DNA of 64,000 nt from Eledone cirrhosa (Eukaryota), in the NCBI GenBank assembly GCA_964016885.1, contig OZ024743.1, forward strand, positions 34,162,001 through 34,226,000, written 5' to 3'. A program made the position numbers and the translations under genes. Shown piece after piece: positions 1 through 12,435 of the stretch. The notes below the pieces were generated by a model. That model was not told where the DNA came from. It did not search any database and worked only from the letters and a program-made list of their open reading frames with translations. Every line of letters begins with the position of its first letter. Positions within the stretch are counted from its first letter, which is position 1.

Positions 1-134
1 ACTTGATGCGGCTGAATAAAGTCGAACTTGAACTAAGGATGTAGTACAGCAAGACTTTAACTCGGTACTCTACGAAAACTGCCGATTCACTAGCCTTACA
101 AATTGGTATTATTGATACAAATAAGGTACACAAG

Positions 135-323
135 AGGGCGGTGGATTGACAGTATCGGCAGAGGGTCGGACGCCATGCTTTGCAGCACAGTTACGTCCCT
201 TTACGGACTGAGTTCAAATCCCGCCGAGGTTAACTTTGCCTTTCATCCTTACGGGGTCGATAAAATAAAGTACCAGTAATACACTGGGATAATTGCTGGC
301 CTTGTACCCAAAGTAGAAACAAT
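135..323 (+). mobile_element. tRNA-derived SINE (family S1, Meta-domain-like core), young copy
   Basis: GGGCGGTGGATTG head, B-box-like GAGTTCAAATCC, core GCCTTTCATCCTTACGGGGTCGATAAAATAAAGTACCAG, tail GGCCTTGT..AAAGTAGAAACAA. Near-identical copies at 3022, 24360, 25699 and 59353. Flanking near-direct repeat attattg(a/g)tacaaataagg at 108-126 and 322-340. Confidence 0.85.
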
Positions 324-340
324 TATTGGTACAAATAAGG

Positions 341-540
341 GTTATGGATTGGTAGAATCGTTAGAACAAAATGCCTTAAGGTGTTTTACTTATGACCCTT
401 TACCTTCTGAGTTAAAATCCCACCGTGGTCTACTTTGTTTTTCATCCTTCCGAGATGGATAAAATACAGTACCAGTCACGTAATGGGGTTGATATAATCG
501 ACATTACCCCACTCTCTAAAAATTACTTGCCTTGCGCCGC
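341..540 (+). mobile_element. older, diverged S1 SINE
   Basis: Degenerate ggtagaatcgttag...ctgagttaaaatccc...tttcatccttccgagatggataaaatacagtaccagt. Confidence 0.7.
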
Positions 541-1403
541 AGCTATTATGAACGCTCTTCAGGATGGAATGCATATCACAATTTCCTATACACCTGGAAT
601 GCATATCACAATTTCCAATAAACATCCACCTTTCAAAATTATGGAAAACGTTATGAAAATTTTACGACTCCATATGTCTTCTGATTCTCTGATTTGTTTA
701 ATCTGTCACGGTTAAGGCTGAGCTCGCGAACCAATTGTAAATGTACTCGTTTTACAAATAAGTAAGCCCAGTGGATAATGGTGAAAATCATCCAAAGCCT
801 TATGGTAGGACCTTTTTAAAAAAAAGTGGTTAGTGCCGATTTCATGTCAGCTACTGCGTCAGAGATAAATGTTTACCAATCGTATTTAAGATTCTCAGAT
901 GACCTAGTATCAGTTAGCCATATTTTGATGAACTTGGCTATGTAGAATAAAATGTTCTGTTAAGAAAAACAACATTCTTGCTGTCGATTTTAACAGATAA
1001 TTCGTAAGCTGGTAGAGGAAATGCTACCGATTTACAAATTTCGCTACTAGTATTATTTGTGCAATCACTCATAGTAACTGACAAGTACTTATTTTGATCT
1101 CTAAAGGAAGAGAGTCACATAAGAGCCATCTTAAAGTAGAAGGGAGTTAATGTAATATATTTAGTTTGTTAACTGTTGCTTGCCCAGATTCAGCTTTATC
1201 TATATTATCATATTTTAACTATAACCATGGGAAGGGAGTGTTCCAGCATGGCTATAGCCGGAATGACAAAAGAACTAAAGAAAATACTGAGTAGAATTCA
1301 TTGAAATGTTAAGACCTTATTCTTGTATGACCGTAGTATACACGCCTAATGTATGGAAAGATATTGTTCCTTTCATCCGCTATTTATATGCGGCTATAAT
1401 TAA

Positions 1404-1493
1404 TTGTTTCTACTTTAGGCACAAGGCCAGCAATTATCCAGTGCATTACTGGTACTTTATTTTATCGAGCCCGTAAGGATGAAAGGCAAAGTC
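1404..1493 (-). mobile_element. 5'-truncated S1 SINE
   Basis: Reverse complement of the S1 core and tail (ttgtttctactttaggcacaaggccagc...ggatgaaaggcaaagt). Confidence 0.8.
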
Positions 1494-2175
1494 AGAGTCA
1501 TTCATTCTACACACGCTCAACGCCCACACACAAACAAAACCTCACTCAAAACCAATGCAGAATTCTGCACTGGCATTGATTGAATTGAACTTCGAAATAT
1601 TAGTAAGTGCCAATATAGGCATTAGGTCTTGATTGGAAACCAAAATCTAGTGATGGCAGCAAAAAGATAATTAGAGAAATATATAATTAAATAACTTTAA
1701 AGAGCAACAACATAAATATATGAATAATAACAGCAGCTGTAGAAATTACTAGAACAAAATGCTAAAAGGTAAGTCATAATGTGATATGCAAGAATAAATT
1801 AAAATAGCGGCATGGAAAATCCAAAGAAAATAAATTTAGAAAATAAAAGAAAAAAGAACAGTCCTTAAAATAATAGAATCTCAAAAGAAATGATGGCTGC
1901 CAGAAATGAAAGGAAAAAAAAAAAGCTGCTTCTAGTGATAAAAAAATGTTGTTGCTAATATTAGTTGTTAGTTACAAGTGGTTATAGACTTACCTAGATT
2001 TAAGCTATCAAACACTTTCTTAGTCTTTACTTGAGAGCTTCTGACTGAGAATTTCGTTATGAATCGTAATTTCGAACTACGGATCTTATATAGAAAAAAA
2101 TAGTCGTAAATATTGTTTGTTTATCACGAATCTCTACAAGTCTGTCAAATATCCGACATGTACTCCTACGCTACT

Positions 2176-2199
2176 CATTATCATCCTCATCATCATTAA

Positions 2200-2258
<59 letters not shown>

Positions 2259-2282
2259 ACATCATCATCATCATCATTATCC

Positions 2283-2318
<36 letters not shown>

Positions 2319-2319
2319 A

Positions 2320-2397
<78 letters not shown>

Positions 2398-2451
2398 CAT
2401 CAACATCATCATCATCATCATTATCCTCATCATCATCATCAGCATCATCAT

Positions 2452-2524
<73 letters not shown>

Positions 2525-2629
2525 GCATCATCATATCATCATCATCATCATCAGCATCATCATACCATCATCATCATCATTATCATAGTCGTCGTCGTTG
2601 TAATCGTCATCATCATCATCATCATCATC
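2176..2629. repeat. (CAT)n microsatellite, about 450 bp
   Basis: Seen directly. It accounts for the poly-I/M/S/H ORFs. Confidence 0.97.
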
Positions 2630-3021
2630 TTTGAAGAAATAGATCATCCTCCAAGCAAACTGTCTTTCCGCCCTGTCATCAAAACCCAGATAATCTATCA
2701 AGATTTTTCATTTGTCTTCTTTTAGATTTAAGGTAATCACAATGATGAAACCTTTGAAATGACATCAGGGGAAAAAAATCACGTGGTGAAAACCAAAACA
2801 AGCTTAATACACTTCAACGTATGTATTGTTTATGTTGTTTACGCCATAATCCTAGTTTTACTGCAAGGTTTATTTCGTTGAAGTTAAATTAATGGCATAG
2901 AGAGCTTGAAACTTCATTTCTACGCTACATATTAATTATTTTTATTTCGCATACGTTTCAATAACAAACAAATGTGATGAAACACAATAAGTAGAAACGA
3001 CTTCTATTATGTAGTTAAAAC

Positions 3022-3211
3022 AGGGCGGTGGATTGGCACTATTGGTAGAGGGTCGGACGCCATGCTTTGAAGCATAGAGTTACCTCCCTTTATGATCTGA
3101 GTTCAAATCCCGCCGAGGTTAACTTTGCCTTTCATCCTTACAGGGTCGATAAAATAAAGTACCAGTAATACACTGGTATAATTGCTGGCCTTGTGCTAAA
3201 AGTAGAAACAA
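3022..3211 (+). mobile_element. S1 SINE with 14-bp TSD
   Basis: Full head-core-tail. TSD tatgtagttaaaac (3008-3021) / tatgtagctaaaac (3213-3226). Confidence 0.88.
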
Positions 3212-3226
3212 CTATGTAGCTAAAAC

Positions 3227-3430
3227 AGGGTGGCGGATTGGCAGAATCGTCAGGCCGTCGGACAAAATGGTTTGTGGTATTTAGTTATGTCCCTTTACGT
3301 CCTGAGTTCAATTCCTGCCGAAGTCAACTTGGCCTTTCATCCTCCTGAGGTAGATAAAATAAAGTACCTCAGTAAATAAAATAGTCTTTCCCCTCCCCAC
3401 AAATTACCGGCTTTGTGCATAATCTAGAAG
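3227..3430 (+). mobile_element. older S1 SINE
   Basis: tggcagaatcgt...gagttcaattcc...gcctttcatcctcctgaggtagataaaataaagtacc. Confidence 0.75.
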
Positions 3431-3739
3431 TCCTTAGGTAGTTACAATTTGTTTTCTTTTTGTTGTTGTTGCACTGATTGAGCTGATCTATGTAAGATGA
3501 GATTTGAGCAAGCATTCTGGAAAGAATTTCAGTTTAAGTATGCACTACTCCGTTCTATTGCTGGTGAATGGTTTCTTTATATTTATAATTACACATTTTT
3601 TAATTTGTAAACCCCTCACATTCCTCTAAGTGACCTCTATGGTAACCTCGTTGTCTCGGCTTTGGTATTCCGATGTTTTAGAAAAACGAAGCTCTCGTAG
3701 TCATGTGCTCTTTAATCAGTATGTAAAACATCTGGACAT

Positions 3740-4005
3740 TGGTTCCTCATACTTGTAGTTCGTCAAGAATTCTAATGTCTGAGGAACCACGCCATACGTG
3801 GCTAGCGAGTTTCGTATGGTCCCTCTAAGACTCAGGTGTAGACTACTCCATCCAATGGAAAGCTGTCACTAAGTCCAAGCCATACGCAGTGGGGTAATCC
3901 GTCTAGTGCACTGTGCGTTGAAGAAAGGATCAATATTCTGAGAAGTTTACACAATATCGATTGCCTAAATTCAAGAAATGAGCTTTTCTCACGTTGTCCA
4001 CACGT
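3740..4005 (+). pseudogene. decayed PLE GIY-YIG endonuclease C-terminus
   Basis: Frameshifted translation DYSIQWKAVTKSKPY..ALCVEERINIL..LNSRNELFSRCPH resembles the PLE C-terminal W..K..PY..C.LC.EEK..LN.R.EL.S.C.H motif. Confidence 0.55.
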
Positions 4006-4298
4006 CTGGAAACACCTCTTGCATAACTACAAAGCTCTGGATTGAACAACATCAACATTCTAATATTCTAACCAACTCGAATAATTTGTTCCGGTCATTC
4101 GCAGTTATCTCCCTTACACCTTTCGACCGTAGGAGTTCATTGCCTGGTAGAAGTGACCGTTTTTGCTCATGCGTACCCATACGGTTGCTTTTGCTTTTCC
4201 TTTTCCGTTCAACCACGCTCAGTCTCTCTCTCTCTCTATATATATATATATAAGTATGTATATATATAAGTATGTATATATATATATATATATATAGG

Positions 4299-4342
<44 letters not shown>

Positions 4343-4346
4343 ATAT

Positions 4347-4903
4347 GACTCTTAAGAGCTCCTTTGCCCTTTGACAGGTTTTGTTTTTAGTCCTGCAGGA
4401 TGTCCAAAGTCACCCTCCTCACCAAGAAACCTTGGTGGGGTTGCCAGTTTAGTCGCCAACGACCCGACCATGGGCCATCCAAAATCACTGGGAGAGATGA
4501 CCCCTTAGCCTTTGTCAAGGCAGAATTCTAAGAGAAGGAAAACTCTGATATAACACCTGCAACCCTGATGGTATCCAATGATGTTGACTTGTTCTTCTTT
4601 TTGGTAAATATCATCTTGGTTGAGAGAGTGGGACTGGCTTTGTGCAGTGCCTTTGCTCACTATAAAAGCTTCACGGCACAGGCGTTGCTTTATATCTGGA
4701 GATCTCTGATCTCTCTGCACTTGTCGTCACATGGTACCATGGGCCAAGCACTATGTGTCAATAATTGTCACAGGTGTAGTGTTTGTACCAGAGTTTTCAA
4801 GTCGCTGGCTGGACTGAAAAGTCACACTCGTTCAGCGCATCGGTAGGGGTTCTCCTACGTGGATATAAAGTAGTGGCCGTACTCGAAAACGAGTTGGCAG
4901 CCA

Positions 4904-4906
<3 letters not shown>
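4347..4906 (+). mobile_element. short non-autonomous RTE-type retroposon, copy 1, with inverted 5' segment
   Basis: Highly similar to 51155-51696. The 3' part encodes a terminal C2H2 finger ([23 protein letters not shown]) typical of RTE ORF ends. Segment 4347-4474 is the reverse complement of 51163-51290. Confidence 0.75.
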
Positions 4907-5257
<351 letters not shown>

Positions 5258-5285
5258 GTATATATATATACGTATATATATATAT

Positions 5286-5317
<32 letters not shown>

Positions 5318-5318
5318 G

Positions 5319-5397
<79 letters not shown>

Positions 5398-5458
5398 GTA
5401 TATATATATATATATATACGTATATATATATATATACACACACACATATATATATATC

Positions 5459-5592
5459 ACATGGCTTAGTGGTTAGAGCATTGGCCTTGCAATCGAAAGG
5501 TTGTGAGTTCAATTCTCAGACCATGTGATGTGTTGTTTCCTTGAGCAAGACACTTTATTTCACATTTCTCCAGTTTACTCAGCTGTAGAAAT
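5459..5592 (+). mobile_element. tRNA-derived SINE family S2, 5' part
   Basis: A-box tggcttagtggttaga, B-box gagttcaattc, core tccttgagcaagacactttatttcac. Confidence 0.8.
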
Positions 5593-5638
5593 GATATATA
5601 TATATAATAAAATGTGGAGAGGAAGCACACGAGTTAGG

Positions 5639-5679
<41 letters not shown>

Positions 5680-5682
5680 TAT

Positions 5683-6456
5683 ATGAAAACAGGGAGAATG
5701 AGGCGATTATTAGGAATAAATATATTTTTTCCTTTTTTATTTCTTTCTCTCTTTTTTCTGGGTTAGAAAATGATTAAAACGAAATGTTTTACTTTGTGTA
5801 AAGTGTTAAGGTATTAGTTGATTTATTTATTATTTAACAATGACATTTATTTATCTATTTATATATTTAATAATTGTCTATTACCTTTTTCAGCATTTTT
5901 ACGCATTATCAAATGATAATAGTATGTATTGGTGTAGAATGGTGGTGTCGCACATGTTAAAGAAATGCTCTACCTTACGCCCGTTTTATTCTGTTTTCTG
6001 TTTTCTTTTTTCTTTTTTCTTTTTTCTTTTTTCTTTTTTTCTTTTTTCTTTTTTCTTTTTTCTTTTTTCTTTTTTCTTTGTTCTTTTTTCTTTTTTCTTT
6101 TTTCTTTTTCTTTTTTTCTTTTTTCTTTTCACTTCATAAACCTTGTTTGTAAATAACATTATTCTCTCTGCACCATTTCTTTAACATGTCCAACAGCACC
6201 ATTCTACACCAATACATACTATTATCATTTGATAATGCATAAAAATGGTGAAACCGGTAATAGACAATTATTAAATATATAAATAGATAAATAAATGTCA
6301 TTGTTAAATAATAAATAAATCAACTAATACCTTAACACTTTACACAAAGTAAAACATTTCGTTTTAACCATTTTCTAACCCAGAAAAAAGAGAGAAAGAA
6401 ATAAAAAAGGAGAAAAAAAATATTTTTCTTCCTACTAATCGTCTCTTCCTCCCTGT

Positions 6457-6462
<6 letters not shown>
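5683..6462. mobile_element. TA-flanked fold-back element, about 290-bp inverted arms around a T-rich spacer (PLE-like)
   Basis: 5683-5968 is the reverse complement of 6174-6462. Each arm contains a hammerhead-like motif. Confidence 0.7.
6221..6268 (+). ncRNA. putative hammerhead ribozyme, U3:A8 core variant (somewhat decayed)
   Basis: TTGATAA-tgcat aaaa atggt-GAAA-ccgg-TA. The other arm reads atgct in stem II. Stem I is weak. Confidence 0.45.
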
Positions 6463-6501
<39 letters not shown>

Positions 6502-6545
6502 TATAAAGGGGGTCCTTTATATATATATACATATATATATATATA

Positions 6546-6875
6546 AAGGACCCCCTTCGGTCAAGAATGACCATGGATTTGCACCTAGACATCTCTCCTC
6601 CGAGGTACCAGTCCAGGCAAGGTTATTTGTCGAAGACCAGCATCACCCATACATACCAGCCTCCCCTCTCCACGCCACCGATGTTGTCCAAGGGAAAGGC
6701 TATAGCTGATACAGCTTGGCACGAGTGAAGTGGCAACTAATTTCTACAGCTGAGTAAACTGGAACAACGTGAAATAAAGTGTCTTGCTCAAGGACGCGGC
6801 GCATCACCCGGTCTGCGAACGAACTCACAACCTCATGATTGCAAGCCCAACACTCTAATCCCCAAGTCATACACC
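6546..6875 (-). mobile_element. S2 SINE, near full length
   Basis: Reverse complement of the 5459 head and core plus a tail ending ...gaagggggtc, which also appears at 7970-8076. Confidence 0.8.
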
Positions 6876-6893
6876 TTCACACACACACACACG

Positions 6894-6931
<38 letters not shown>

Positions 6932-6974
6932 TATATATCTATATATACACATATATATATACATATACATATAT

Positions 6975-7063
<89 letters not shown>

Positions 7064-7878
7064 CATACATATATAAATATATATATATAAATATAAATAA
7101 ATATATATATATAAATATAAATAAATATATATATATATGTGTGTGTATGTGTGTGTCTGATGGTAGCAAAGATGCTTCCATAGGCGGTATGCCGGTTGAG
7201 CACTCTATGCTCTTACAGAGCAGAGTATGATATAATATAAAATATAATATATAATATAAAAATTTATATATATATATATATCCATGAAATATCCGTTTCT
7301 ATCTATTTTCCTTTCTATCTCTTCATATGTGTACGTATAATAGGATACATGACTATTTCAGGAACCGACCAAAGAACAGCTCGATTAGTTTCTATTCGAC
7401 ACGGATGATTCACCAGGTGTGTCTATTTTTTTTTCTTTTTGGTTCTAAAGACGAAAAAAGATTACAAATACCTATGAATTTATCTATGAGTAACACACCA
7501 GGACGTTACTCATTTATATGCCAATACATTTGGTGGTGACACATTTGTCATAACATCTTTCAATTAGTGGTGACATATGTTACTCATACTAATGTCATCT
7601 GCTTTCTCTCTATGTAGGATGAACAATTTCCAGAGATGTTACACCTTCCCTATGAATCGGCGAAATATCCAGGTAAAACCACTCGAGCTATTCTTCGGTT
7701 CGATACTCAGAAACAGAGGGAAACAGAGTGACACAGGAAGGATCAAGGCAACAGACAGAAATTGGGAGAGAGGCTTGTGTTTTAAACAAAACGTCTATTT
7801 AAGATGTGATGCAAACTGTGTTTATTGCACATGCACTAGCACAACTATTTAGCACATATCCACACACACACATACACA

Positions 7879-7964
<86 letters not shown>

Positions 7965-7969
7965 CATAG

Positions 7970-8076
7970 CATGGGCGACTGCTAGTCTACCTCAAATAAA
8001 CCTGCCCGGACTTGTGCCTCGAAAGGAAACTTTCTAGGTGCAAATCACATGGTCATTCGTGAGCGAAGGGGGTCAT
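7970..8076 (+). mobile_element. S2 SINE 3' fragment
   Basis: Matches the reverse complement of about 6548-6650. Confidence 0.7.
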
Positions 8077-8086
8077 AAAAGAATAT

Positions 8087-8192
<106 letters not shown>

Positions 8193-8280
8193 AGCGAGGG
8201 AGAGAGAGCGAGAGCCGTAGAACACTGGAAGGTAATATCGGTAGTGGTAGAGCACTCAGTCCATGGGACGGGTTTGGTAG

Positions 8281-8357
8281 AAGTAGTAACACAACAGTTA
8301 ATTTACAATACCGAGAACAATTATTCTCGGTATGGTGAATTAACTGTTGTGTTACTA

Positions 8358-8359
<2 letters not shown>
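8281..8359. repeat. fold-back palindrome with about 37-bp arms abutting (TA)n
   Basis: aagtagtaacacaacagttaatttacaataccgagaa / ttctcggtatggtgaattaactgttgtgttactactt. Confidence 0.85.
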
Positions 8360-8401
<42 letters not shown>

Positions 8402-8501
8402 TATTGAAGTTTCCGTTGAAAATTGAAAAAGTCATAGGAGTGAAGAGTGCTCTATGTAAGTTACAGAGCTAAATTTAATGTATAATAAACAATACAATAT
8501 A

Positions 8502-8577
8502 ATTACCTTGTCTGACGAACGAATGAGGACGTTTCTTGTATTCGACTTATTCGGGAAACCTCTGGTAATGAGGTAAT
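8502..8577 (+). ncRNA. type I hammerhead ribozyme motif inside a TA-embedded fold-back element (8397-8602)
   Basis: Stem I attaccttgt/atgaggtaat; CTGACGA (8512); stem II cgaatgag/cttattcg; GAAA (8555); stem III cc-tct-gg; cleavage triplet GTA. Confidence 0.7.
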
Positions 8578-8599
8578 TATATTGTATTGTTTATTATAC

Positions 8600-8637
<38 letters not shown>

Positions 8638-8904
8638 AGATAACGTGTGTGTTTCTGTGTGTGGTTGCATGTACGTTTAAGTATGCATATGTGCATGTAT
8701 ACACGCTGTTCACGGTGTCGTGTAATTGCTGTGATCAAGCAATGAAGCTAGAGCTGGGAATAAATGAGTAGACTCAGTAACAGGTATTGAATACATCACA
8801 CCCACCCGGGTGGTTTGGTTGAACGATCTACCAAACACTCTCACACGCACGTGCGCACACATATACATGCATATTTGCGTGTATACACACATCCACACAT
8901 ACAT

Positions 8905-8955
<51 letters not shown>

Positions 8956-8957
8956 GA

Positions 8958-9103
8958 ACAGACCTCAGATCGTTGAAGCTCACGGTGGAGATGACGAAGG
9001 ACCGTGATGAGTGGAGTGATGCTGTGCTGAATAAGACCCGTCGCACCCTTGCGAGCAGGGAAGAGCGGACGTAAAATGATGATGATGATCATGATCATGA
9101 TTA

Positions 9104-9105
<2 letters not shown>
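8958..9105 (+). mobile_element. RTE LINE 3' tip with (GAT)n tail
   Basis: Homologous to about 52823-52957. Confidence 0.8.
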
Positions 9106-9151
<46 letters not shown>

Positions 9152-9203
9152 GTAAGTATGCATGTATACGTACATACATATATGTATACAGACGTACAGT
9201 AGC

Positions 9204-9248
<45 letters not shown>

Positions 9249-9486
9249 CAGGCACACACATATATATATATATGCACGTATCAGTTTACCGAACATTTAT
9301 TATAATGTTCGCTTTGTTCGTTTGTAAACAAACGAACAGCCTGATTTACGCCGTACAGTGTTCAGGCAACCACGTCACATGCTACTGTACGTCTGTATAC
9401 ATATATGTATGTACGTATACATACATACTTACATTTAAGTAAGTGCCGTACTAAGAGTGAGAAATGAAATTTCGTTTCATTCTATT

Positions 9487-9523
<37 letters not shown>

Positions 9524-9527
<4 letters not shown>

Positions 9528-9612
9528 GGAAAAATTTGAACAGGGACAAAACAGAGAGGCAGTACAACAAATGTTTATTAATTTCACGCTCTGGAGAGTG
9601 GGGTGTTGGTGG
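9524..9612 (-). mobile_element. 3' terminus of the Neptune/Penelope-like element seen at 33985-35349
   Basis: Reverse complement of about 35260-35349, flanked by (TA)n. Confidence 0.8.
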
Positions 9613-9635
9613 ATATATATATATATATATATATA

Positions 9636-9852
9636 TAACGAAGGAAATGTGGTAAGGAACCCTATGGACCATAACGCACCAAAGTACTCAATACTTAGGG
9701 TAGTAGAGTGGGTAATAAGAACAAGTATGACGCCGACGGCAGAGCTGAAGCCGATTCGACGGCTAATTCTGGACTAAATAAGAATTTTTTATTTAGTCCA
9801 TAATTAGCCGTCGAAACGGCTTGAGCTCTGCCGTCGGGGTCATACTTGTTCC
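9636..9852. mobile_element. family B copy with fold-back end
   Basis: About 9716-9780 inverts into 9788-9852 around the ggactaaata..tatttagtcc hairpin. Confidence 0.7.
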
Positions 9853-10449
9853 TATATATATATATATATGTATATATATATTTACATAATAAACAACACA
9901 ATATATTGTGTTGTTTATTATGTAACAAAATAACATACCAAAATGATTTTAGTATGTTTATGTACAATTTTTTTTTCTAACTTTGATTTTGTACCTAATT
10001 ATGTATGGTTGGCTATATGTCTAATCAATTTCCACGGGCTATTAGAAGTACTGGGTAAATCTTCTGTGGCTGTGGATCGTGGATAAAATAGCTATCATTT
10101 ATTTATCTATTATTTCTTCATAGGTACATTTTAAACTTATAGCCTCGTTTAATTGATATTTTGTATGGTTGATTATGCTGATTGGAAGAAGAAATACTGT
10201 ATATATTTTATCAAATGATTCTATGGACTTACTTTCTTATATATTGCTCTGATTGTTGATTATTTAATTAATTAATTCTTCATTGAGCCACACCGTGAAT
10301 GGTTGCCAAAAACATATATATATATATATCTATGGCTCTGTCTAGTTTATGTATATGTAAACCTCTATATTTTATATATATATATATTCTCTATTATTCT
10401 CTATTATTTGTTTCAGCTGAGAGTTTTTTCCGGTTCATTTTCATCGACA

Positions 10450-10495
10450 CAGGTTGAACAAGTTGGTCCTAGGGCCAACGAAACGTACATACCTG
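10450..10495 (+). ncRNA. putative hammerhead with extended core (TTGAACAA)
   Basis: cagg-TTGAACAA-gttggtcc ta gggccaac-GAAA-cgtaca-TA-cctg. The homolog at 14647-14682 (minus) has CTGAACGA. Confidence 0.45.
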
Positions 10496-10668
10496 GTATG
10501 GCACCTTTGTAGTAACTGGCCCTAATAATCATATTCAAAGGCGCCTTACGGGCTTGAGTTGCTCTATCTATGCCTCGAATATGTTTACCTACCTATTACT
10601 ACTACTACTGTATATATATATATATAAAATCTGTTTGTGTGTGTGAGTGTATATATGTATATGCGTAT

Positions 10669-10707
<39 letters not shown>

Positions 10708-11353
10708 TGTACATGTGTATGCACTCTCACACACGTATATGCATATGCGTGAGTGTATGTATGTGAATATGTATGTGAGTCCCTGTGTGTGCAGACACAT
10801 ATGCTTGGCATTACAATGGCGAGAGTTCACCTGTCTACTAACTAGGAAATATATTTTAAAAGAATATATATATCAAAGACAGTTGAAATGTGCATTTCAG
10901 CTCCTGTAGGCTGCACTTGTTAAAGCTGCTATCAGTAATATCGGAAATCTTTGATGTGAATCGAACACCGATTGAAACCAATTCTGCATTTGATCTCAGC
11001 AAAGTATTCAACTATTGCTGACATCAAAAAGAATTTCCCAGACGGCTAAAATTATTGCAAGAACTTATTGCAACAATATATATAAAGAAAATATTGCAGC
11101 TACTTTTCAGATTTGCACGTGTAAAATATATTTATATTCACTCGTCTTTTCACAGATTTCAGTCATTGGACCGTTGCGGTACTGAGGAACCACCTTCAAA
11201 AGATTTTTAGTCGATTATGTCGACCCCAATACATTCTCTGGTACTTACTTATTTCATCGACATGGCAAAATACGAAATCGAAAGTTTATATTTATATATA
11301 GGCAAAATAATTAATGAAAGAGTTACAAGCCGTTAAAACATATCTTTACAAAG

Positions 11354-11409
<56 letters not shown>

Positions 11410-11567
11410 TATATATACAAATATACATACATACATGTACGCTAAAACTACCCACGTATTGTGGATAGTTTTAACGTATGGCGTTGTTTGACTCAACAAG
11501 AGGTTTCCTTAGGTAGCGAGTTTGCGAGTTCTTGGGAATTCCTATGCAGGTTAATCTTCGATTAATA

Positions 11568-11781
11568 ATAGTGAAAGAGTGAAGAATAACATGGTCAGCT
11601 GTACAAGAAGGGTTTTATTTACAGTATTAACAATTGTTTCATTGATTAGAGTGTCTAAAAATTGGTAATCACTTGAAGTTGTGTCACTCAATTTTAAATA
11701 CAATATATGCCTAATCAAACAATTGTTAATACTGTAAATAAACCCTTTTTGTACTGTTGACCATGTTATTCTTCACTCTTT

Positions 11782-11787
<6 letters not shown>
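11568..11787. repeat. fold-back element with about 70-bp inverted arms ending in (TA)n
   Basis: 11568-11639 is the reverse complement of 11717-11787. Confidence 0.8.
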
Positions 11788-11827
<40 letters not shown>

Positions 11828-11834
11828 ATATATG

Positions 11835-11881
<47 letters not shown>

Positions 11882-11923
11882 ATATAATATAAGATCAAAA
11901 GATGGTTAAAAGAGTTCCAAGTA

Positions 11924-11994
11924 TTTTATTATGCGCATTTCAATCAAAAACAAATATCATCATGGGATGATATCCGCATTCTCATCAGATAAAA
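11924..11994 (-). ncRNA. type I hammerhead ribozyme motif
   Basis: Minus strand: ttttat-CTGATGA-g aat gcggatatcatc cca t gatgatatttgt ttttg att-GAAA-tgcgca-TA-ataaaa. Six-bp stem I and palindromic stem III. Lies within a TA-flanked element with inverted ends at 11885-11902 and 12072-12089. Confidence 0.75.
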
Positions 11995-12189
11995 TAGGGA
12001 GACATGATATGAAGCTTAAAAAACACTTGTGAGCAATGAATTTTTAAATCAACATATGTTGATTTAAACATTCTTTTGATCTTATATTATTTATACTCCA
12101 GTCCTATAAACTGTAGAGTACTACCTATCCGATATTTGCATTGCTTTATTGTGCTACAATAAAACTCACCTCCTACATATATATATGTG

Positions 12190-12259
<70 letters not shown>

Positions 12260-12349
12260 GTGTGGGATGCTTAAAGCGTCCGTAAGCGGTAGGCCGTTTG
12301 AGCACTCGATGCTCTTACAGAGCAGAGTGATATATATATGTATATATAA

Positions 12350-12435
<86 letters not shown>

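Noticed and set aside
2117-2725. 202-aa poly-Ile/Ser/His ORF and the many YIYI, CVCV and HTHT ORFs across the window
   Set aside because: These are stop-free translations of (CAT)n, (TA)n and (CA)n microsatellites, not genes.
5459-5530. tRNA-like sequence
   Set aside because: It continues into a SINE core and lacks a proper acceptor stem, so it is a SINE head.
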